Positions 11,894 to 22,560 of a stretch of 64,000 nt of DNA are shown here, piece by piece. Position numbers and translations under genes: made by a program. The DNA is from Fistulifera solaris. Lineage: Eukaryota. Position 1 is the first letter of the stretch; every line of letters starts with the position of its first letter. The DNA lies in the NCBI GenBank assembly GCA_030295235.1, contig AP026123.1, forward strand, positions 1,860,001 through 1,924,000, in the 5' to 3' direction. The notes beneath the pieces were generated by a model. The model searched no databases. It was not told the origin of the DNA and worked only from the letters and a program-made list of their open reading frames with translations.

Positions 11894-12188
11894 TGGATAA
11901 TTCTTGGTCCGAAGATGAACATTTGATTGATTCGAAAGCGTTTGAAGAATAAAATGAAGCCGTTTTGCGTGTGACGATTGACGATGGCCTAATATTTGTC
12001 TTCGTTTATTGACAGAATGACGTACCGGTACTAAGCTAAACCTTTGATTTCGACGTGTTCAAATCTAGATTGAGTTGATGTTAATAAGTTTTATACATAC
12101 ACCGCGCTGTAGCATAAGCAAAGTAAGGAGACGAAAGGTAGCTAAGCAAGTCTGCAGGGTTGTGCGGCAAGCTGCAATCTCCTCAATC

Positions 12189-13040
12189 TTAAGCTTTACA
12201 GAGTTCGATTGTTTTGAAAGTGCCGCGCATACAACACAGTTCGGAGCCTACCAATTTGGTGATAACATTTCCCGCCGCTACCTCGAATGCCATCGAGGAC
12301 GGAATATTTTGCGAGTCTACTAATTCGAACCCGAAATTTTGTTGGTACCATCTGGATGTTGTCTTCAAAGTCAATAAAAAGACTGATGATGGGAGAGAAG
12401 GAGAGCTAGTTTCTATAAGCCGTCTCTTTAGGACGCGCTTCACAAGCTCTCTTCCAATCCCTTGTCTCCGATACGCAGGATCGACATACACAGACGACAA
12501 TTCATAGAGTTGCAACCCTTTCCGATCCTTTTCTCGTACTGACCGAATCTGTTCCCTACGTTTCTCCCTATCGCGAGCCGCATTTTGCATCTGCCGATAC
12601 TCTTTGGTCCATGGAAGTGACGCTAGACCGTTGGGAATTCGGATGGAGTTATCTCGCTCGAATTCATCCCACATGGCATCGTCGATTTCTTGTTCGAAAT
12701 CATACGAACCAGGGCGCGCATCGTAACGCGCAGGATCTTGCATCATCAGACTTTTCATCGGCTTGAGTTGCGCCCAACCAGCAAGCTCATCATTCTCAGT
12801 AGTGGCTACAATAAAGCGATCAGTCTGGATATTGAGAGGATTCATTAGTTGCCTGGCGAGTGTAGTAGCGATTTGCAGCCGGTGCCTTGTTTGACCTGGC
12901 TGATAACGTATGCGTGACGATAAGCCATTGGTATGCGATGTGTAGCCAAAGAGTAAGATCAGTAATTGTATTTTGCAAATTATAGACAGATTGCGAGCTG
13001 ATTTCAACCTTTTTTTGTTACTCTTTATCGACAACATCAT
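12189..13040 (-). CDS. GNAT-family acetyltransferase
   Basis: LSSVYVDPAYRRQGIGRELV (acetyl-CoA motif A) and WY...FGF. Confidence 0.85.
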   Translation of the reverse strand: MMLSIKSNKKRLKSARNLSIICKIQLLILLFGYTSHTNGLSSRIRYQPGQTRHRLQIATTLARQLMNPLNIQTDRFIVATTENDELAGWAQLKPMKSLMMQDPARYDARPGSYDFEQEIDDAMWDEFERDNSIRIPNGLASLPWTKEYRQMQNAARDREKRREQIRSVREKDRKGLQLYELSSVYVDPAYRRQGIGRELVKRVLKRRLIETSSPSLPSSVFLLTLKTTSRWYQQNFGFELVDSQNIPSSMAFEVAAGNVITKLVGSELCCMRGTFKTIELCKA

Positions 13041-13604
13041 TTGCGAAAAAAAATTAATGAAGGAAACAGAAAAAATGGAAGCGGCGCCTCGTGAATCGAC
13101 ACTAGAGTATTCGAGTCACGAGTAATGAGGCGGTTCAACAGTCGTGGCTGTTGACGGCAAGACGCTCGTCATTTCCAGCTTTCAACTGTGAGTGTCTATA
13201 GTACTTCAGAAAGAGGCATGCCGGCGCGATAACCGCCGCTGATCTTAAACCAGGTTGGACAAGACTGGCTCTCTCCATACAGGATTGTACATCGTTTGCT
13301 TTACTTAAAGGAAAACGACAATTTTCATAGAGCAATTATTCTAAACAATTGTAGGCTGACGTGCAACCGCCAAATTTCCAATGCCATTTAGCAGATCGGG
13401 CAACTCTTTTCGCAGTTTTCCATCGCTCTTCGGTATTTTGTTTCAACCGAGAGAGCAAGAGCAGCTTGTATTGTGCAAGTTGAACGATCCAAGCTATAAC
13501 ACAGCTGTGTAAATGCCAATTAGTCCCTTGTTATAGTGAGCATTATTACTTTCGCGTCATTGAACGAGCCACAATCGCAAGAGGAACAAACCGTTATACA
13601 AATT

Positions 13605-15340
13605 ATGAGAGACATCTTACAATCTGCACTGCTAATATCATTGCTCATCCTTCCAATTGAGGCGACTGTGATAAATAATAACACTATGGACATTTCAATC
13701 GATGGAGAGATGACAGAGAGGGATTTCTCAAATCCATTTGAGCGACTCGAACACTTTCGAGAGTACACGAGGGAAGAAACACCTCGTCGCAAAGACAGAA
13801 TGAAAGAGAGGCGGCTGCGCGCGGAGGAAGCGTTCCGAAGATTGCCACAACCTTCTCTTGACAAACTGGAACGCTTGACGGAAGAAGAAGTTTCCAATCT
13901 ACGAAAAAGAATCGTGATTTGAGCTGGTTTAGTTCCAATGCCGATGCGGATCCGTACGCGACAAGTGTTCTGGCCGATCCTTCGCAAGAGTATGACAAAT
14001 GGGCACAAGCATACCGTATGCTTGGTGGCTTCATCGATTGCGATCACAAAAAGACAGGCAACAATCATCACAGTCAAGATAACAACAAAAACAATGATGA
14101 CAAATCCTGTTCAAGGTGGATGATGTGGGCAGCAGTAAGTACACCCTCACATGAACAATTTGGCTTTCGAATCGTTTATACTAACCGATGTTCGCGCACA
14201 GTACGTCAACCCTAACTATCAAGGAAACGAATACGATGAGTACTATGGTGATAATCCTACAAGTGTATTGGACTGTCATAGCCCCGATACGGAATGGAAG
14301 TTGTTGGGTGTTTACCGGCAGGAGTTCTACCAGTACATCGAACAGATCTCGAAGCATCTTTGGGCGATTGACGAGTACGAATACATTGTAGCGTTGGCAG
14401 GCCTATCGTACATGACAAATGCCGATTGCTTTCAAGTAGGAAAGGACTCGAGTGGAAACGCAATTTACGCCGGTGTGGCGCCTCAGCCCTATGGCAAGTT
14501 CCAAATGGCTCTGTATACCGACGTGTACTGCTTGACGCCAAATAACAATCTGGGCAAGACATACGACGATTACAACTTGCAAACAAACATCGATCTAGGC
14601 TCGAAAGACAAAACGGACGATGACACTTACGCCTGGGCCTACGACGATTGGTACAGCACCCAGGAATATACCCTGACAAACCTCAATAACGTGTACGAAG
14701 AGTACAAGTATTGTACATCGTGTGTGGATTATCCCACGTACCAGGATGGATACTTCATTGGTGACAAGGGAACCGATGACGACGACCTTATCAACCAGTG
14801 TTGGAAGTTTTATTCTCACAATTCGTACACATGTGAAGCTGAATGCATTGCCATGGCACATGCTCAAGGAACTATCCTGTCGTTGAAGTATGGTGATACC
14901 ACGTTCGGGAGGGCGACACAGGGTTTCTACCAGCATGTGAGCGAATCGGTGAAGAGGTCACCAGAAGAGTCGCCGGTGGCTCGATTACTGGCGAACGCAT
15001 TTTTGACGTTCTCCTTCTTGCTGTTTATCGCAACATTCCTTGCCTTTGCGGTAGCGAGGCGATCAAGGTACCGAGAGAGCAGAAGCGCACGATCTCGTCG
15101 TCTACTGGATGATGACGACGGTGCTCGCAGCCGCCGGTCGAGACGCTCCAAGTCTCGAGCCGAAGAGGGTGATGGACTCTTCAAAAGTTCATCGAGTCGA
15201 AAGAGTAGCAGCAGAACGCGAAAGAGCAGTAGCAGAAGTACCTCGAAGAGCAAAAGAGGTTATCGACGCCGAAATCGTCATACGAGCCGCCATCCTACGG
15301 CGGTAGACCCGACCCTTCAGCAGGTGAAAGCTATATTTAG
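13605..15340 (+). CDS. Type I membrane protein: signal peptide, RxL motifs, Cys/Tyr/Asp-rich luminal domain, one TM helix, Ser/Arg-rich basic cytosolic tail
   Basis: Signal MRDILQSALLISLLILPIEA; intron ~14135-14201; TM AFLTFSFLLFIATFLAFAVA. Apparent homopolymer frameshifts at ~13904-13908 and ~15252-15255; the corrected C-terminus is SYEPPSYGG...SYI*. Confidence 0.7.
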
Positions 15341-15622
15341 TTCTAGGGAGGCGCTAACAAAGCTGCTACTCTTCTTCTGTCTGTATTTACTTCCTTACCC
15401 TCTAATAATATCTAAGATTTTCAACCTGTAAATACCTGTGTTGCTCTTGCTTCATGAGCATGACTGTATTCATGTAGTAAAAGTGCAAAATTACAAAATT
15501 GACTCAAAACCATAGCGAAGCATCACCACCAAGGAAACCACCCTAATCGAACTGAGGTCGCAGGGCTTATTTGATTGATACGGAATAACTAAACTACAAA
15601 GGATGACTAGATCATTGCCTTA

Positions 15623-16158
15623 CTATGATGACGATGTTTGTGTAGCCGGGCCTCTTCCACCGGAACGCCCTCGTCCAGCAGAAGTTCTACCACGTCCCGC
15701 TCCGCCTCCTCTACCAGTACTAGGACCAGATCGTCCTCGACCCCGTCCACCACGGCCAGCACTGTTGTCAAAGCGCCCTCGACCGCGTCCGCCACCACGG
15801 CCAGCCGGAGAGCGCTGGGCTAGTTCTTTCTCGTCCTCGACGGCCTTTTCTAGCGCTGCATCCGATAGACGTAAATATTTGATTGCCGATCCTCGAATGT
15901 AGCATGAAGGTAACTTCCAGAATCGTTCACCGGTGGCAGAAGTGCAGATCACATCGGTAAGATTCATATTCATCCACGCATCACATGTCCCCAATCTTCC
16001 ATTGTAGGTCGTTCCGTCCTTTAATTCCACTAAAAGAGGGGATCCTGTAGCGGCACGAAGAAGTGACAGCGGAAGCTAAAGGATGGAAAGGGCATAAATA
16101 GTGAGTCAATAAAAGATGTGAATCTTTTGCGCTCCATTTTGGCTTTGTCGCGTACCAT
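15623..16158 (-). CDS. LSM4: U6 snRNA-associated Sm-like protein LSm4
   Basis: M|LPLSLLRAA.GSPLLVELKDGTTYNG.L..CD.WMN, CYIRGSAIKYLR and an RGG-rich tail. The first coding exon is only the ATG (16156-16158); intron 16076-16155. Confidence 0.93.
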
Positions 16159-16829
16159 AATTAGCCGATTACAAACAAAGATCCACTAATCGATCTTTCA
16201 CTACGACGCGAAACTGCTCCTTTCTCTTCTCGAGTAAGCGTTGTGAGAATACAACTTCGGGTGAGTACGTAACGTAATCAAGTAAGTAACGTGCGATTGT
16301 AGGGAAATGTCATGGTCGAAGAGAGAGATTTGCTGCGCTTGTTTCGTCCGTGTCCTCTCGGTCTTCGGCCACAATCCAGTCGGATAAATTCGTGTTTCGC
16401 CAACCCGATAGTGAACAGTACTCACCGAATACTTAGGGGGTATGTCATCTATCTAACCAAGTCCATCGATGTCTGAATTTTTAAGTAAGTAGTGCCGAAT
16501 GATCATTTACTTAAGAGAGTCATCAGAGAGTCCCACAAATACATAGACAATGTCGTTTTGCTTTATCAGTCCGAAAAATGAAAAATGTACTTCATACAAT
16601 CGCCACTCGCTGACTGGGGGCGCCCTTGCGTTCAAAGAAAATCTCCATCATGGGCATCTTTCGCCGGGCCTTCCACGCTTTACACGCTTTGCGCATTCTT
16701 CCATAGAGTGTTTTTGATAGTTATTCTGAACGTTGACGTAGTCTCAAGTCATTCCTTGCGAGAACAGGCATGTCCGAGTGCTTGTCAATTTTTCAGTGTC
16801 AGTCTTGTTGTTTTTTTGAAGAGACCATC

Positions 16830-17932
16830 ATGCATCCAAGGGCTTCTGCTTCTCGGCGATCGCTGGACAACACTTCGGACGTGGCCTTGCGTTCCAGGTC
16901 CGTGGAACGTTTCTCGGGCCAAGAGAGTGCGGACGGAACAAGTAACATGCACCCGACCGTCGAGAAAATGCCCATTCAGAGGTCTATGAGCGATCCTTTT
17001 GATACACAAGAAGATGCGGCAACGGTGGGAATCAGCGAGGAATCGGATGAAAGCAGTCTTGCTGCTTCTCGTTCTCGGACCATGTCAAAAGATATGAATC
17101 TTGCCACGATGCCGCGCTATCCGCACCACGAATCGAAGGACCGGAACACTTTCAGTGAACCTCCTATTTCCATATTCACGGTCCGTGGTCCTCATTACTT
17201 TCAAGATAAGAAGAAAGTATCAAGCGGGCCCTATTTACTACCTGCCAGAGGTTGCGATTTGCTACTGGTGGACGAAAACCAACATGTCGATCTCCGAGAG
17301 CGGTGAGTTCAATATATTTGTTACTTTGGATTGATTGCTCCCTTTCATTTACTAACACAATTTATCTTTACATCAACAGAACTCGCAATATCATGGGAGG
17401 GCAGCTCCGGAAGCGTCCTACATTGGCGATCAATTTTAAATTTCCTTGGGGTTACATGAATCTTTATTTCGAAGTACCGGATCGTTTGGCACCTTACATG
17501 AGTCCCTCTGTCACGCTGGCGAGCGGTTCGTCTTTTAATCCAGCGGAAAAATCACTGATAGCGTGGTTCCAAGGCGACCAGGAATATCGAAACGAACGAC
17601 TGAAATTGATTCCTTTTGTAGCCGAGGGACCTTGGGTGGTGCGGAATATGGTGACGGGGCGTCCTGCCATTATTGGTAAAAAGTTGCCTGTCACATATGA
17701 CTTGATGGTGGGCACCGAGACAGAAGCCCCGCTTCTCATGGCAACACTGGATATTGGGAGCAGCAGCGCGACAGCGAAACGAATTGTCTCCGTGTGTCGT
17801 CGCTACATGAGTTCGCTGACGGTTGATATTGGTTTTGTGATTCAAGCCGAAGAAGTATCGCAGCTACCGGAACAAATGATGGGATCCATCCGCGTGCATC
17901 ATGCGGATCCACTCAAGGCGCCTAAACTATAA
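16830..17932 (+). CDS. EDR2 C-terminal (DUF1336)-domain protein
   Basis: F.VRGP.YF.DKKKV, RNERLKLIP.V.EGPWVV, PAIIGKK, DIGSS and DIGFVIQ....LPE motifs; intron ~17303-17379. Confidence 0.88.
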
Positions 17933-18223
17933 ATACAAGTAATTATAATGAACATACTTTGACTATGTAATTGTTCATGATTGAACATTACTTCCTGTTA
18001 TATAGCTAGCTATACTCTACGAAGTCGACCAATACTATTCAGCGAATGAATCTGGAGTGACACTGTCGAATCAAAAGCATGATCTTCGGGGCAAGCAATG
18101 GCAACGACGATTGGCAACGTTGCTTGTCTACTAGGTCGAGAACGCGATTGAACACCAAACAAAAAGCTAGGGAGCGCATTTAGGACCTTGATGGCAATTA
18201 AAAAGATCGAAAAAGAGAGTTAA

Positions 18224-18275
18224 TGCACCGTCCGAGAATCGAACTCGGAGCTCGACGATGGCAACGTCGAATTTT
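18224..18275 (-). pseudogene. 3' part (52 nt) of the interrupted host tRNA-Gly(GCC) gene
   Basis: Minus strand AAAATTCGACGTTGCCATCGTCGAGCTCCGAGTTCGATTCTCGGACGGTGCA contains the anticodon arm (GCC), T arm and 3' acceptor strand, followed by a T-run terminator. The 5' part is missing here. Confidence 0.92.
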
Positions 18276-18307
18276 TTGTCTGAAAAAATTCAAAAAAAGA
18301 AACGCAG

Positions 18308-18378
18308 TGCAGCATCCGAGAATCGAACTCGGGGCACGACGATGGCAACGTCGTATGTTACCATTACACCAATGCTGC
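18308..18378 (-). tRNA. tRNA-Gly (GCC), intact, inside the element
   Basis: GCAGCAT TG GTGT AATGGTA ACAT A CGACG TTGCCAT CGTCG TGCC CCGAG TTCGATT CTCGG ATGCTGC A forms a complete 71-nt cloverleaf, with downstream T runs (Pol III terminator). Confidence 0.96.
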
Positions 18379-18470
18379 GTTTTTCAAAGAGTGTTCGAAA
18401 CAACTGAAGTACAATAAGTAAAAGGTACGGTAGTGGTAGGTCTCTAAGGTTATGAAGGCTTACAAATCGA

Positions 18471-21400
18471 TCAATCATTAATCGCCAAGTCATCTAGCGC
18501 TTCAGTGCGCTTTCGCTTCCGAGATCCACCTTCAACCGATTTGTCACCCGACAGCGAGTAATCTTTAAAATCCGCATTATCCAGTCCCTCAGGAATGGCT
18601 GCATCGTCCAAATCTAGCATGGCTGCATCGTCCAGATCATTGCTTTCCTCTTCGCGTTTCTGAAGTAATTCGAATAATTGCTGATCTGTCGCGATTTTTC
18701 CTTTATGGAGTCGATATTTTTCAAGTGCAGCGTCCACTTTCTCAGGCTTGACACTTTTCCGGAGGTACTCTTCTTGAAAGTGCGTCAAATCAGGGAATCT
18801 TGCACACTCCTCAGCTGTGTAAACGCCTTCAATACGCGCAACCTTCATCTTGTCACAGATCCTGTTCAACCTTTTACGCTGATTTTTCAACACTGCAGCT
18901 TGTTCTTTCTTTTCCTGCTCAGTTTGGGGATCTAACATTGCCTGCTTTCGCTTTGAAGAGTCGTAATGGCGCTTGATAGGCTTGTGCGGCACACCATTTT
19001 CATCTCGTCCTCGATGCTTGAGACTGTGCTTCTTTCGGTATTCGGCGTTCTCTTGCATCTTTTTCTCGCGAAACCATTCAGCTGCAATGCGTGCATTGGT
19101 GCAATTGCCATACTCAGTGTAGGTGAAGTACTTCTTTTTATGAGAAGCGCGTAACTTCTTTTCAAACACTTCATAGTCAGAATATATTGCATACCAGAGC
19201 TCTCCTTCTCGGTGAAAGACACCGGTCATTGTTCCGTCTTCACGATACCGTCGCGTAGTACGCTTGTTATTTGCACTTTCCAGGGGAGAAACAACAGCAA
19301 GATTGTCGAACGAGTTGTTTTCTCTGTTTCGATCGACGTGATCCACAATTTCAAGGTCTGTCAGCAATTCACCAGTAAAGCACTCCACTGCTAATCGATA
19401 GAAGCAATATCTTTTCCCGCCGATTGACACAGTGACGTGGACAATGGGGAGATTGGGTCCCTTGGGCTTGTAAGTTATGATCGTAATGTCATAGAAAAGT
19501 TTAGCGCGTGTATCATAAATAAGGGTACCGTCTGCGTTGATTTTGATCGGTAGGCTTGGATCCGGATAGTCATACCAGACTTCTTTCGGGTCGCAATCGG
19601 CAAACGTCTTATACTCGCTCTTCAGTATCTTGGTAGACTCTCGGCGTGCCAGTTCATTCCTGGAGTGCAAATGACATTGACGACAAAGTGAGCTTCTCGT
19701 GAATCATCTGAAACGACACATCAATATCCACTCACCCTCGTACACGATTCGATAATTGCAAGTTTTCACTCTGTGGAATCCAACGTAAGTATTCTGAATC
19801 ATTGTTGCACTGCTTTGACTTGTGGTGGATGACGTGTTTGGGAGTTGGTCGTGGTCCAATGAAAGTGGCTGCAATCAATCCAGCCAGGGAACACTCGTAT
19901 CCTGTGCTACTGCAGTCTTCGTCACAAAGATGGACATGACGATAGCCGAAAGCATCAGGGGTCGACTTAAGTAGTTTGTAACTTCGCACCAAATATCTCT
20001 TTTTCTTCCGTGCCGTCCTGTAGGTTCTCCGACCAATGATCTCACCTATCCCTTCTGCTAAATATCTCTTTGCAGTTTTCGGTTTCAGCCAATGACGGTG
20101 GCAGGCTATGGCAAATCCTAACGGACTGGCATAGTAAACGACCGGGAGTTGACCTGCTCCGTTACCCGACAGAAGCACCTGCGTGCTATTTTCTATATCA
20201 CCATAAATTTTTGGGGTTTGCTCGTCCGGAAAAGGAACAAATTCTGGAAACTGGGCAACTTTTACGCATTGCTCAGGCGTCAGCGCTGTTTTATCGGTAG
20301 CAAGAGCAGCTTGTATGTGGCGTGGTACCATCTTCAACTCTTTTTTCTCAAGTAAGGAATTCGCAATCTTTGCAGGAATAAAGTAGCCTTCCTCGTCCAT
20401 TTCAAAACCCGTGCTTTCTATATTCGACTCTACGGTCATGAGCAAGAAATCCAGCAATTCGTCGTCTGATGCATACTGTAAAGGCACGTTCTCAAACTTG
20501 ACGCCGCGTGGTTGATGCGTTCCAGTTCCGTCACTTTTGAAAGTTTCTGGATATGGGACCGACGGATACGATGGGACCGTGGGATCGTCGCTCGGAGAGA
20601 CAATGTTCCTTTCTGGGATCGGAACTTCGCTAGCATCGGCGTTGTCAGCTCTGTTTGAAATAAGGCGATAATGAATGAGTGCACGAGTGCAGCTATCTCT
20701 TACAAACATCTCCCAAACTTACCTTTCAAGGACAACATCACTATCCATTGCAGGTGCGCCGTTTTCTAAGACTACGTCCTTCGGTTCGTTGATATCCTCA
20801 AGTTCTGTCTCATCGGACGAAGTGGTCTTTTGGTCATCACTATGGGTGTCGTGTTCAACTTCACTTTGATCTGTAACAATATTGCTGTCTTGTGGCTTTG
20901 TACCTCCACGAAGACGCAGCAGCAGGTACAAAGTTGATTCCTTCTCAATGTTGTAGTCGCTTAAAGTTTTGGCGTCCTCGAGTTGCTTGCCGTTGTACAG
21001 CAAACGCTGTTGATCAGGTGGAATACATTCCCTGTCCTGGATTTTGGTTTTGACCTTGTAAACAAGATCCAAGGAATTTGCGTCGATGGTAATAGTACGC
21101 CCGGCCACAGTCTTCACGAAGATCTGCATGGTCGCTATTTGAGAAGCCGACTCCTGCTCCGTATTGGGGTCGCTAACAAAATTCTCGTTTTCGATGACAG
21201 ACGAAATACCTGGAGTGCCAATGACGTCCTTTGGTATGAGATTCCTGTACGGATAGAATCGTGCATTTCGGAGACGAAGTGGGAAGGACCTATGCACTAG
21301 ATTGCGGTAGGATTTAGTCCGAAGTTGGAGCTTCTGCTGATGTTTCTCCTCCTTTTTCTCCCGACGAGCGTCCGCTCTCCGCTGACGTCGCGACATAACT

Positions 21401-22560
21401 GGGGCTGCTGGAGTAGCAACAACCAGAGGAGTTGGCAAATCCGCTCTTCCAGGTTGGTCGGGGAAGTAGTTTAGCTGCAAATGGATCGACGTTAAACTCA
21501 CAGCGCCAACGGACTTTGACAGCCACAAGACGAATCCGACGAAGGCATAAAACAAAGTCGTTCTCGCCAAACCGAGCAAGAAAGTACTCGACCACGAGGG
21601 TCCTTTCGAACCAAGCGACGCTTGATGAATGATCTCGTCATTGTCACTATGTTTCGATTTAGAATGACTCTTCACGCGACTTTTCTCGCCTTTGCAGAAC
21701 CGCCGAGGGGGAGTAATGACGTTCTCAGCCGGGACAGCGCCAAAAACATTTATTTCTTCTATCGTATCAACTGAAACCTCATCGCTTTGTTGTGTCGTGT
21801 GATAATTAAGAGTCGTAGCGCGTCGTCCGGTATTGCTCCTAACACGACGCCAAGTGTTGCGTCTAAAACGTTGACAACGTCGCTGAGACCCAGCCTTTTT
21901 CTTGCGTTTGAACCGACTCTTTTTCCTTCGTCTACGCCGAGCGCGACTGATTTCAACCCGCTGAGCAAGATTCTGATCGTGATCGTTTCCATCCGATCCC
22001 GAGCTCGAGTCTGCAATCGAATCTACCACGACGAAGTCTTTCTGTCCGGCGCAATTGGTTTTCCGACTATTCGCGCCCACACCTTTCTTTGTCTCACCTA
22101 CCGGTGCGGGACCGTCGCCAATCTTGCTTTCCGCGGTGGACTCGTTCAAGCCAGTATCCGTCTTTGCAGCAGGGCTAACGTTAGACGAAGGAAGCCATTC
22201 ATCGCGAAGCACCGTGAGAAAAGCAACGCCATTCACTTTTGCCCCCAAGAGCTCCTCTGGTCCGTCGTCCTCATCGTCCGCGTCGAGACAAGCGAAGCGA
22301 TTCTCGTTGACACCGACAGAGAGATTCGCGGTCGTCCCCAAAAGATCCTCTGGTCCGTCGTCCTCGTCGTCCTCTTCGAGACAAGCAAAGCGATTCTTAG
22401 TGACAATGACAAATGAGCGATTCGCATTTTGAACTTCGAAGTCTGTTTGTCCATTGACACCACCGGCTGCCGAGCAACCATTGCCTTGCACGGTAATGAA
22501 GCCTTCCAAGTCAATATCAGGCGGGCCCGAACGCGACTCGCGTCTTCTCTTCGATCCCAT
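18471..22560 (-). CDS. ~1313-aa multidomain protein: low-complexity/basic N-terminus, ubiquitin, HNH, HNH plus AP2-like domain; exons 22560-20723, 20650-19736, 19659-18471
   Basis: Three ORFs are joined in frame by GT-AG introns 20651-20722 (GTAAGT..AACAG) and 19660-19735 (GTGAGT..TCCAG). Ubiquitin MQIFVKT...LRLRGG at 21129-20902. HNH-like [11 protein letters not shown]...VIHH....NN....LRW....EN and YRLAVECF.G....[19 protein letters not shown]2-like TGVF......WYA.....KKKYF...YG...ARIAA..FR. Confidence 0.85.

Noticed and set aside
15603..15902. Pro/Arg-rich plus-strand ORF and the many other antisense ORFs over real genes
   Set aside because: These are shadow frames of LSM4's RGG tail and other coding sequences.
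18223..18417. 64-aa ORF with the repeated peptide PRIELGARRWQRR
   Set aside because: It is the antisense translation of the two tRNA-Gly sequences.
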